A DNA stretch of 64,000 nucleotides from Bispira polyomma (Eukaryota). The stretch spans positions 32,426,001-32,490,000 of the forward strand of contig OZ287748.1 in the NCBI GenBank assembly GCA_965649765.1. Direction: 5' to 3'. Shown here piece by piece: positions 10,342 through 22,680 of the stretch (position 1 is its first letter; each line of letters begins with the position of its first letter). Below the pieces are notes generated by a model. The model worked only from the letters and a program-made list of their open reading frames with translations, was not told where the DNA came from and ran no database searches. A program made the position numbers and the translations under genes.

Positions 10342-13300
10342 TAAAGGTATCACTGAAGCGGCGTGGGCGTTAGAACCATCACATTTTCTGATCAGTGTTT
10401 TAGATCAGAAAAGAATATCTTCTATAATTTTGTTTCTTCACACAATGAATCTTAAGGTTTTAAGCGTGTAATAAGTCTGCAAGGATTACCTTGAAAATCT
10501 TTGACTTGCACAGAAATCTACAAGAACAACTATATGTTTTTAACCAATAAAATACAGGGTTAGAGACAATTATGTTTTTTATACCTCCACCAAAACCCCT
10601 GTACATTTCGTGGCCACATAATTATGGTAATTACGACCAGTTCACTCGGCATTCCTAACATTGTTACTTTATAATTGCAACTTAAACCACAAAATAGAGG
10701 GTAGTATCTGAAACAGGTTCATTGTACACTAAAAAAAGTGATACAGCTCCTGCTCAAAGACTATTTTCAAGAGGTGATGTTTTAGGAGTTTGATAAGCTT
10801 ACCTGTCTAAGCCTATGTTGCCATGTAACAGACTACCGATAGCCGACAGTAGATACAAGGCTTTATATTTGTGTATGTATCCACAAAAAGTCACCAAAGA
10901 TATCTACAGAATGTACGTATACACATATGCCTACACAAATCTGGTGAGATTTAGTTTAGCTAAGACCTAACAGCAAATTGTAGTGTTTTCATGTGTGTCA
11001 TTTTTGTCGCCCCTTATGTTGAGATAAATTCTGGCTTTTTCCTAGTTTGTTTTTCGCTACCTGGACTGTGAGGTTTGGTTCAGAGGTTCACTCATGGTCA
11101 TCAGTGTCGAATACATGGAAACACTTTGTGTGAAAGTAAATAGAATCGGCATTTGGCAGTCGACTATGGTTGTTTGCTAAATGGAAACATAGCCTAACAG
11201 AAAGAATCTACCACAGACAGCTTCAAATAATGGTTTATATAGATATAGTATTATTGATATCTTGCTTTGTGTTGCCTTTGGGCATATTCAGAGAATATAG
11301 ATGGCCAGCTTGGGACTCAAATCATTTTCTTGAAAACAAAATGGCTGCCATAGTAGCATGGTTATAGATATCAGCTATATAAGAAAATTTAGTTTTCTTT
11401 GAATTTACAAGAAAAAACTGTTGTGCATTCACCTGTGAGTTCATAATTGACTTTAAACTAGATAATTGCACTATAGAAAGAAACACCATATAGGACTTGA
11501 TGTAACTACTGTTAAATACATTCAAGCAATTCAAACAATGCAAAATAAGTAAATTAATTTATTCAAATTTTAGAAAGATTCTTGAATATGGTATACAATG
11601 ATATATCCGTTATCAGTATATGGATTCATTTAATTGAATTTACACCTTTGAAAACAGGTTATTTAAAAAACTCAATAACGTTGTTTGCAGAGGGAACATC
11701 AGTCGGATACAATTACCACTCAACCATAATGGTACAATACTAATCTACATGTGCAAATCTATGTCTTTCCTGTGTATATAAAACCCAAATAAAGTATTAA
11801 TTCTTACTGTTTCCTACTGTAAGAATATGTCCCTTATTCAAAATAAGCAATAATGCAGAAATAATTACCTGTTTTTTATCAATAAATAAATAAGGTTACT
11901 TCTATAAGTCTAGGAGGATTATTGTCTGCAACCTAAGACAGACTTAATTGTACATTTAATGATATCATAGTCTCTTTTCTGACACATAGAATTCCCACAT
12001 GTTAGTTCAAAATACAGTTATATGCTATCAAATGCTCTTGCAATTTGTGTTTCTTCATTTTGTTTAAGAAGAAATGCTAAAATTTGTAGACAATTGAAAG
12101 ATTGAAGATGACGACTAATCACATTGTCATAACATTCATACTCATATTGTTCCAAATGCTCTTGCTATTCACAATTAATTACTTTTTTTCCCCGATATAT
12201 TTCTCCTTTCATTTTTCTAAAAAATGTCCTTATTTTTGAAGACTACAAAATAGTAGGTTTGCAATGACATAGAAAGTAGCAAACGCTTTCGGTGCCTAAA
12301 AGGTCAAGTGCGACACACTGAACTACTGTTGTGGTCAGCCTGGCTCGTCGCAATTTAGATTTAGGCACCAACTGGGATGGATGTGTTTAATTCATTCCCA
12401 AACCTGTCCCTCGCTTAATGGGTTATGGTATGGTTTATTGTTCCTATATGTCAATTATTTGTAAATCTGTTGGTTACTATTTAAGTGTTCTGTTGGTACA
12501 CTCATATGGGGTAGTTATTATTCTCTAGTATTCACTACAAATAATCCCAACATTTCTATCATGGTTTAATTGTAGCCTACGTTACACAATGTAATGTGAT
12601 ATTCTGAATGCATCGAATAAAAAAATTATGCAAAAATAGTATTGTGTTCTTATTGTGTAATTTAACCTTTGAAGGTCACCAATAATCCTTTACTGCATGG
12701 CACTGAACATTTAAACTAACAAATTTCACAAACCTATATTTGTGGATAATCTAGCAGATATAAACAGAGACAAGGAACTACGATAGTAATTTATTCTTTT
12801 AAGGAGACAACGGTTATTCTTCCATTAGGAAACATATAAATTACACCAAACCAGAAGATTAGGCATGCATTGTGAATTTACTTGTGATGATATTAATGTT
12901 TTGTCATTCCATACTTACTTACATACATCTATATCTATTTAATTGATGTGTAATTATTCACAGACATATTACCCTATGATCACCTGTAATAACAGCTCAT
13001 GCATGTGATTTATATTGTAGTAATTCATCATGTATGTAAGTAGTGAATTATGAATAGTTATTGGGTGTTTATTATGGAGACGACAAGTGAAAAAATAGTG
13101 TTGTTTATGTGGAAACAGGGAACACAAAGCCACATAATTAGCCATAAGTAAATAAGATAATTTAGAACTTTGTTGTGTAATAATTGTGGGCTGGGGTATA
13201 TTACATATGTTTATGTCTTTACTGCAGGTGTCACCAACTATAGACTCAATAGCGCCAACAGAATATAATATATCAACACCTATTCAACACACTTCCAATG

Positions 13301-15000
13301 GAGAAAAAAGGTTTGTAAAGAAACTAACACTTACCTCAAAATACATGCAGATTGATGTGGGTGGACTCGCAAATGAACATCTTTTTGGGGAGGGAAGGAA
13401 CATTAAAAAACCCCAGTGATTTCACTATATACATCACCAAAGTATTATATATATCTTCATTATGTACATGGAAATGACAAGCTATTATGAGCCAAAGTGT
13501 TTGTCTCGAAAAAGCAAACCTGATATATAAATAATACCTGGTATCTTTTAGCCAAGTCTAGGAACTCAGTGGAAGAATTACATGCCTTTCAGTATTTGTT
13601 CACCTATTGTAAACACTTATAATTATGTTATTTGGATGATCATCTGTAGAAATTACAAATAAAAAACCCTGCAATTTTTACAATAACAATATTCTTGGAT
13701 TGCTAGTGATTGGGTGGGTGGGTGGGGGGGTGGGGGTGGGGGGTAATACCTCTTCCTTTTTGTACATTGAGATCTCTTCAGATGATAAAATCATTTTGAT
13801 GTCATTTTGAAGGTACACACTTGTGTGGCTCGATATACCTCTTTAGGATTTCTAAATAAGAACATGTTTCTGCTATATGTATATCTATAGTGTATACACA
13901 CACACAGTTCTGTATGATGTATATATGAAAGGCTCCACAGTTATGATAGCTTAATGGATGGTTCAGGAAATGTATCTGTTTGTCATCTGCCTTGTGTAAT
14001 TATGATCTGATCTGAAGTGTGACTGTGAGTATCACTTTGTCGGCTGAAATGCAAGGACAAAGCATTTACTAAATAGCAGAGTAGAGAGGGATGAATTCCT
14101 TCAAAACATAGAAAGAAAATCCAAAATTAATGTAAGGAAACTATTAGAAATTGGGAGTTACTAGATATGTTTTACATTTCAAGGTATTAATTTTATATTT
14201 GTAAAGATTGTGTGTGAGAATTGATGTAAAAGATCAAATGCTCACTAGCCATATCAACCAAATGAATATTTCTAAACCTGATAAAGGTGAACTAAAGAGG
14301 CCAATTACATTCTTCTGTTCACAGCTACTTTTTGTATCAGCTTTATGCAACACATATATGTACAGAATGGCCAGGGTTAAATCACTGTTTGTTACATGGA
14401 TTTTGTTTTTGCATTATGGGTAGAAAATATGTATGAATGTGCACTACTTAGCAGTATTTATTGCACATTTTTGTAAATGCCTTAAAAATTCAATTTAAGT
14501 TCTTTGCAACATTCGCAAATATATTTTAAGAACCTTATGGGCCAACAAAAGCTGAAAATTGCGGTACTCTTTGATATATTCACTTCACTTGCAACAATTC
14601 AAGATGGCCAAAATTTTAAAAGTTTTCCAGAAGATTCTGAGTTCCCTGGTGGTTAGATCAATTGCACACAGTTTTTGTGATATGAATCTTTTAAACTTCC
14701 CCATGGATACCATTTGTTCTGATTTAACAGAATAAGGGATCTTCTTACAAATATCATTATTAGAATTCAAGAAAAAAGATACAAAAGGATGTACCTGTAT
14801 TCAGAAATATCCATATTTCAAGCGATCTGAAGGGGTACTGTTGCTTAAATTTGTCGATTTCTGGGACGGATTAAGGTGGAAACATTCCACCTTGCTGTTT
14901 ACAAATTACTGATGAGGGCAGTACAGTATTAAATTTAGAAAATCCTTTTTTTCGAATTGAAATACCAGTGTAATCTATGGTGAGCAAGCCATGCAGCTTA

Positions 15001-15249
15001 CAGGGGAGTAGCCAGGATTTTTCATGTGGTACTCCCAAATTAAACCAATATATTTGTTCTTTTTTGTCCTACCAAAAAATTCAATTGGTAGGGGGGGGGG
15101 GGGGGTATTTAACAACAAAAATCTTTGTTACTACTAAAACAAGCAGAATAAAAAAAAAAAAAAAATTTTTTTTTTCCATTTTTTTAATATTTCTTGTAAT
15201 TAAATTGGTACGCCTGGGCGTACTGCCGTTAATGGTAGCTACGCCCCTG
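15001..15249. mobile_element. hAT-like MITE
   Basis: TIR caggggagtagc / gctacgcccctg. Flanks agctta and agctttta fit a slipped 8-bp TSD. Confidence 0.65.
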
Positions 15250-15338
15250 AGCTTTTAGGGTTGACAGTATATAATATACATGTGCTTTTGCATTATCACT
15301 TTTAAGACCTATGTTCTCTGGGCTTTAAAACTTTATAT

Positions 15339-15600
15339 AAACTAGAAAGGGAATTCAGTAGAGCGCATATATACTTCTGTCAAAGTGTTACAGTACAAAA
15401 TAATTCTTTGACCCGGCCTATTTATATGGGTCTGATTTAAAATTTAATGGATTCTAGCTTGGTCCATACCATTCTCTTTTAAATGATGCCCCATCCCTCG
15501 ACCAAAGTTTATGTAACTTGCTTCTATAGTTTTTAAGTGAAAAAAACCCGTACAAAACCAACAGACATGGGGAAAGTGAGAACCTCCTTGGCAGAAGTAG
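15339..15600 (-). mobile_element. HINE/DINE-like element copy
   Basis: aactagaaagggaattcagtagagcgcat ... acagac ... aacctccttggcagaagta; same family as 369-1084 and 28835-29290. Confidence 0.6.
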
Positions 15601-15749
15601 TACATTGCCTCTACAGTGACCAACGAAGGATTGATATTTGGACTAGTTGGTGCCAAAATATGAACTGCGACAAGCAAGACTACATACACGATTAATGTCC
15701 TTAATCTTCTATTCACTGAACATGTTTGCTAGCTGTCTGTGGCATTGCA

Positions 15750-15983
15750 AACATCCTATTCTCCAAAATCTCAAGCTCAACGGAGGCGAAAATCTAAAGT
15801 CTTCATATCTCTTGTTAAAGTGATGTTAAGTAAAATCTGACTGCAAATTTCAATTCAGTGCTGAAAGCTCCATTAAAACTAATGGTCACAAGTATAAGTT
15901 ACTTCTATGTAGAGTGACTTCCATATATAGCCTTTTTGTGAGTGGAGTCTGAGCTGATGTTTCTTTAGAGAATACAGGCCCTG
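15750..15983. mobile_element. MITE family A copy
   Basis: Shares the core aattcagtgctgaaagctccattaaaa.taatggtca with copies at 22105, 28536 and 33090. Ends gagaatacaggccctg. Confidence 0.6.
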
Positions 15984-18207
15984 GTATGCAGATCATAAAA
16001 TACATATAGTTTTCATACGAGAGGGTAAAATCTAAAGCAGGTAATCGTGAACTACATGTGCAGGTTAACATTTGAGTTGTCCTATACCAGTATATCTCTG
16101 CAAATATAGAATGTAACAATGGTAACAATGTAACAATGTAACAATGGTAATCATGGTCAGATGAAGCCATTTGAAAAACAACAAATTTAATCAACTACAA
16201 TAATTTTTCCATGAATAACTGTTGCATATTGACCATGTAAAGCAGAACACCTAGGTCCATCGATCAAATTCCAGCCACTGGTATGCCAGACACAATGACG
16301 GTCTTTCTTTTGAGAGCATGTCATCAAAGTATTTATGCAGAGCAAAGTAAACCACCAAGATAGAGACCCATCTTCAGTGCTATTGCTAATTTACCAGGGA
16401 AAATCTGGCTGGTGCTAAAATCTTAATCATCTCTGATCTCTGATTTACCATTGAAAGACATCCCCTATTTGTTGTGTCGATGTGTACAAATCAATTAGAA
16501 CTTTCACTTGTATACAGATGTCACCCTTGTCAAAGAACCTCCTTGATTTCTTATAAAATTTCTCTCCGTAAAGTGTGAAAAGTTTCCCTTTACTATATAT
16601 TATATAGTTAATTTAAGCCATAGAAAGTTGTGGTTTAAGAGCGTTTGTATTAGAATAAAATCCACTGTATATCTGTAGAGTGTATTGAAGTTTTATTAAC
16701 ACATCCACATATGTCTATATCTATAAATCCCCATGTGTTTACCCAAATATATGCAATACAAGACAATAATCAGGATTAGTACTACCGACTAGGAGGCAGA
16801 GACAGCACAGGGATTTGGTAGGTTCAACCCCCCTGGACATAACACCCTGGTACCAAGTAAACCCACTAGAACTGTATGTACTATAAGTAACTTGTATTCA
16901 CAGTCACACATGTACAAAAAGTGAGAAGGTGGGGGCTTACTTAATACAGGGAATAGATGTGTCCATTTTAACACAGACACAAATTCTAACTGGCCCTCAG
17001 GGGATGAGGGGGAATTAACGTGGGGAGCCACCAAGTTGTTACAAAAAGAGAGAGAGAGAGAATAAGACCAACATGTAAAATGAGAAACTTTATTTGCTTG
17101 AGTAATTTTTCACTTATTGAACTGTTTAAACACCTTTTGGTTTGACCTTCGTTGTATAAACACACACTTGCTGGAGAATTAATTTTTACCTTTTTTTTAC
17201 GCATTAAGACCACCATAAAAATTAAATTTTACTTTTGAAATCAAGAATACCTTACAAAAATGAACTTCTTGTTGCAAAAATGACAAATATTCATTGTCTT
17301 TTGTTATATAAATTTTTTCAATTTATAGTAGATCTAATGATAAAAATTGTTAAAGAAAGTCTAATGTTCTTTCAAATATCTTGATGGTAACCTTAAATTT
17401 AAGACCCTATTTTAGGGGCCTTACATCAATACTAATCTATATGATAGTCTTAGAGTCAACATTTTCAGACACTCTTTTCACCTTACAATCCCCTGTTCAA
17501 TTTGTGTACAGTTCATCTGCTGCACTCCATACAAACACTTTCTCCAATTGTTATTTTTCGTATTATTACTTTTTACCTTCCAAAAGGTTCAATTCCTTCA
17601 GTGGGGGTTAATACTTGTGTGCAAGGATTATTTCTCTACAGACTTCTGGCAAGACAAATTCATAGCTATTCAGAGTAAGGAATTTAAAATTCGCCACTGT
17701 ATCTGAAATATGCCACCCCTAAAATTTAAGCCAAATCAATATAAACTAGGCAAAAAATAACTGGAATTTAGGTAAGCAAGGCAAAATATTCACAAAAATC
17801 TCAATTTCAACAAAATATTACCGACAATTCTAGCAAAAATACAACATTTTCTAGGTGGTGATTTTCAAGTACAGTTGTGAATTTTAGATTCTTTACTCTC
17901 TATATAAATATATGTAAAATTGTAATAAGTTTATCCCTGGTTGAGCCAAAGGTTTTTGAGAGAGGGGGGGGGGAACAGCTTAATAACATTAATAAACAAC
18001 ATCCCCTCAAGACATAGCTGTAATACCAGTAAAAGACATTTTGGCAACACAAATGTGGCCCAGTGGTGCAGTGAATGTGTTATAAAAATATACAAACCAA
18101 TAAATATTTTAATCTATACATGAGTGACTGCCCCTCCTAAAGGTCCTTCGGGGTGAATTCTATATTATTTTACTGCATAGATATTAAGATTTGTGATTTA
18201 TCTCCGG

Positions 18208-19425
18208 TGTAGCGCAATATACTGACTCCCCTATATTTGTCACTAGGGAGTCAGTATTTTGCAAGGGGGGGTTGCTATATTCTGACTCCCCTGCAAAATA
18301 CTGACTCCCCTGGAGCAAATCATTGATAATAGGATTAGGGTGGGGGCTTGGGGATTATTTTGCAGGGGAATATGTATAGGCTTTTGTTAAGAGATTGGAA
18401 TAAAAGGGAAAACTAGATTTTATATACATACTAATTAAAATTACATTTCATCAATAGCAGTGATCTTTCTTTTGTCTATTTAAACTGTGTATTTAAACTG
18501 TATAGCCACATAAACTATATTTTGTATACATCTAGCATTCAGTGACCTTTTCTCTTTTCACAAACAAAGATAAAAAGGAATGTAAATGATGATATTATTA
18601 TATATTAATTATTATTAATTTAATAAACATGTTCGAGATATTAGTAATATTTAGCATTCAGTCATTCTTCTACATGATAACCAACACTAATGCAAGTTAA
18701 GCTATTTTATCACACATCCAGTAAGATCAAACAAATCAATTTAGAGCTGTGGATTCCTATTTAATTCTATTCATCAAAGGTGGGCTTGATTACCAGCACT
18801 ATAGCCAGTTAAGCTACTTAATCACACATCCAGTTGGATCAAACAAATCAACATACATCTATAGCTTCCTACATCTATGACTTCTTATTTAATAATATTA
18901 GTGTGGCTTCTATATTATAAATGATCACATTTTAATTAAAAAGGGTAACTGGCTTAGACTGTGATTAGCTGTTATAAACTATAGCTTCTTTCCTATCAAC
19001 TTAACTTTGACATGTATATTATTAATGTAAATGTTTATTTAATGTTTCATAACTGTATATCCACGGAATGCATTTTTGTATTGTTGACATATTGTGCAAT
19101 CATTAATAAATGTTACTAATTCCACAACAATTAGTACATTCCCCCACTGAGTAGATCACAATTTAAACACTGAACCCACACAATAATAATCCCCAAAACA
19201 CTAATTGCAATCAAGAATGATCACTGATAGAGCATATCAGTACATGTATTAAAAAGGCCTGGGGAGTCAGTATTTTACAGGGGAGTGTGTATTTGGCTGC
19301 CATATTTTGACTCCCTTAATCCCCTATTGTGGGGGAGTGTAAATTTTGTTTGCCAAATAATGACTCCCCTAAAAGATCAAAGAGGGGAGTCAGTATTTTG
19401 ATGGGAGTCAGTATTTTGTGTTACA
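18208..19425. mobile_element. Non-autonomous Ginger1-like DNA transposon
   Basis: TGT...ACA termini, TIR TGTAGCGCAATATACTGACTCCC versus TGTAACACAAAATACTGACTCCC, CCGG on both sides (18204-18207, 19426-19429), subterminal arrays of ATACTGACTCCCC in both orientations. Confidence 0.75.
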
Positions 19426-19981
19426 CCGGGATGAAAAAGATAGCATAATATTATATAAACAAATATTAAACAGTGTGTGTGGGTGAAGATATGTACAGAT
19501 GTATGTAAAAAAAACCTTATAAATAAGACGTGAAAGCAAAATGAAAACAGTCTGTGAACATATGTTATAATTAAAGCACTTTCTTGATATTATGTACATA
19601 TAAATATGCCAAGTTTGTGATATATACATATTATATACACACATACAATATGACTAGCATTATAAATCTTTCAAATGATGTCAAAACAGCAATAGAAAGA
19701 GGCTTTCTTAATGTCGCTGTTTTCATCGTATGTTCTTTTTTCTAAAATACAAAAACGGTTTCAAAAACATATCTCCAAAATTAGACAAACTAAAATTTCC
19801 TCACATTCCAATTTACCATAATGTAAATTTCTGATATTTTGACCAAGAAAAGCCATTTTCCTTTTAAATGAAAACACAAAGAAAAGCCAACAACAAAATC
19901 ATCAACAGCAACAAAAGTTAAACAACAAAGAATTATATCACACATACACACATACAGACACACATGATCACCAGCTGACAA

Positions 19982-20598
19982 TCACACCACTATGCTAGCC
20001 ATGGCAACATCTGAGTTTTTACCCCTCCGATGAGTTCTTTCTGAGTCTCTAACTACTCTTGAACTGTCCACAGATGGAGTTTTCGACGACACAAGGTCCT
20101 GATAGGAATGAGACCTCGTATGTACAGGTTCTAGTTTGTTCTTAAAGTGGTTGACAAAAATAAATCCTGTATCATCATATGTCTGTCGTTGTTTTGGCAG
20201 GCGCGGGGGTAGAGGAGGGGTGCGGTTCTGATTCGTCCTGTTATTACTATTACCAATAATATCATCACTACTATTACTATACGGCTCCCTTTGTAGTCCA
20301 TTGAGAGTATCCAGAGATTCAGGATCATCGGTCACCTCAGTTCTAATGTCCCCTGTACTGTGATAATGCTGTACCTCTCTGTCTGACAGGTCAAATTCTA
20401 CCTTCTTCTGGCGGCCGCTGGCCTTACGCCGGATGTAGGAGTCATAGCTGGGAGGTATTTTGGTCTGAGGTTTAGTGATCTCCGGCTGATGTTTATTGGA
20501 GTCTGGGTTACTTGAAGACTGCTTTTTGATGCTGGGCTTTTTCTGAGGGGCTGCGTACATGTCGTTTGGCACTTGGTCCGCGCTATCATTAAGTGGAC
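19982..20598 (-). CDS. Pcdh: Protocadherin terminal coding exon 6
   Basis: Acceptor aatattacAG|GT (phase 1) joins in frame to ORF 19982..20572. Low-complexity tail ending MASIVV-stop. Spliced CDS totals 3486 nt = 1161 aa plus stop. Confidence 0.85.
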
Positions 20599-20624
20599 CT
20601 GTAATATTGCAGAAAGATTACATT

Positions 20625-20825
20625 AGATAGGGTGATTGGTTGATGTCGCTTTCAACAAGTCTTAAATGACATATGCCAAAGGGTAGTTTTAAGTATTGGA
20701 GAAGGGTAGTTGATCAAGGTTTTCTGTGTCTGCAAACCACCAGCTTTTAACAAGTCGATACAGCCAACTTTCCAACATTATGACACACAAGGGCCGAGAT
20801 TTGAACCAAGACAACACCAAGGCCC
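20625..20825 (-). mobile_element. SINE fragment in the last protocadherin intron
   Basis: Minus-strand B box ggttcaaatc and tail ttgttgaaagcgacatcaacc, similar to the 43.6-kb copy. Confidence 0.5.
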
Positions 20826-22104
20826 AAAGAGGAATATTAAAGGGCGAGAGGGGCAAATTAGTTCATAGTATAATTACACATTGGAGTTTGGTCTGAAATA
20901 TCACTTGGTGTGTGTTTTCTCGTATGGGATTTTGTGTCTTGAAGAAGAACACAATGGAGGGTAGTTGAGGTAGTTTAACATCTTTATAATGTAATCCATT
21001 TTTGTATAAGTTTTATTCCATACAACCTATGGAAAATATAATACCATACTATAATTTTCTGTTGTGCACCATTATGACACAGTTTACCTTCTCTTTATAT
21101 ATTTTTACACAGTAGCCAGTTAGTAACCCCTCAGGTTGGCAGTATATATGTTCAAGTTTTGCCACTTTGTTCAAAGGAGTGTCAGTTCAAATTTGAAAAG
21201 CCAATGAGTTTGAAATAGAAAACAACAATTACACAGAATGTGTCATGTGCCTAGTTTCTGATGATATGGTTAGAGGCAGTGCAGTATGTGTACAACTCTA
21301 CTATGGTTTTTTGTCGCTTAGAACTTAGTCTGCATAGAAATGTTTATTCTCTTGACAACCTAAATTGCTCCATCTTTTTTTGTGTGTAGATCTTTGGCAT
21401 GAAGTTGAGCCACAAAAAGTTAACAGGTATTTTAAAAAAAGGTAAAACTGATTAGCATATATTAATTATTACAGGGTTGTTTATAGGAAAAAATCATTGA
21501 TGGAGTAATCTGTCATTTTAGACAAGTGCTTTACTTGCCTCAGCTTGCTAAATAAATTAAAATTATTGTTTGCAAATTATTTATAATTACGTCTGGCTTG
21601 TGGCCACACTTAAACATAATTAAAATGCTTGGCATCATGTTAACTAGTACAAAGGATATAGAGTAAACAAACCATATTATATAAACATCTTAGAAACAGA
21701 AAGTTTGTTTGGATAATAGAAGATTCAAACTAAAATACTATTTAATTATTGCACAGTAGGAAAAAAATGAGAAAATATAAAAAATCCCCCTTTAAGTCAC
21801 ACCTCTACTCAAGCAGGATTTCTACTTAACAAGGTCAATTTTAAAAGAAATTGTATTGTGGTACCGATTTTTCTTTATCACAGTAAACGTCACAGAGTTT
21901 TACTTTAAGGGAATCAGTTGTAGTTTCTATTTGATTTTCATCTATATAACACATACAATAACAGATGACATTACACTGCAGAATGTACAGGATCTGGGTT
22001 TAATCTCCACCTAGGACCACCAGGTACACAGATGGGGGACAAACAATTACTGATGCTAGTACTTCTGCAGTCACAAAAAGGTTAATTAACACTTTAAATA
22101 CCAA

Positions 22105-22338
22105 TGGCCATATTATCCAAAGATCTTAAGCTCAACTCAGACTCCAATTTAAAGTCCACATAATTTCTGGCTAGAGTAAAGTTTAGTACAATTAGAGCAC
22201 ATATTTAAATTCAGCACTGAAAGCTCTATTAAAATGAATGGTCATAAGTATAGGTTATCTCTATATACAAGGACTTCTACATAGCCTTCGTTTAAGTCTA
22301 AGTTTGGGCTTGAGTTTCTGTCAAGAATTCGACCCCTG
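22105..22338. mobile_element. MITE family A copy
   Basis: ggccatattatccaaag...aattcagcactgaaagctctattaaaatgaatggtcataagtat...aagaattcgacccctg. Confidence 0.6.
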
Positions 22339-22547
22339 ATAAAGGTAGATAAATGCACCTGAGTATACAAGAATACAATCTTAGCCAAGGAATATCTTTT
22401 GTACACCAGCACATTTTCTATTTCATGAAAATGCTTTTATATCTTTTAAACTCTTTCAATAAGTGGAAGATTCCTCCCCTAGCAATTGCCCCAAAATAAT
22501 ATGCAATGTTAGTAATGTTATATGTATTGATGTTGAACCCGACTTAC

Positions 22548-22680
22548 TGTGTCTGAGGATGTATTCTCCACCTTCCTCACTTGGTCCTCTACCACTGTCA
22601 TCTGTAGAGCCAGAACTACTCGTGTCATGGTCTAACACTCCAGTCATGGTAGTTAGATACTGCTTAGCCAGGCGCTGCTT
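22548..22680 (-). CDS. Pcdh: Protocadherin coding exon 5 (cytoplasmic DSGRG motif)
   Basis: Acceptor gttccttcCAG. Reads KQRLAKQYLTTMTGVLDHDTSSSGSTDDSGRGPSEEGGEYILRH; DSGRG resembles the conserved protocadherin CM1 DSGxG motif. Donor A|GTAAGT, phase 1. Confidence 0.88.

Noticed and set aside
13186-13419. Isolated exon-like ORF with a good acceptor (ttactgcag)
   Set aside because: No partner exons or recognisable protein similarity.
14430-14945. Possible decayed retroelement coding sequence on the minus strand
   Set aside because: No diagnostic motif could be identified with confidence.
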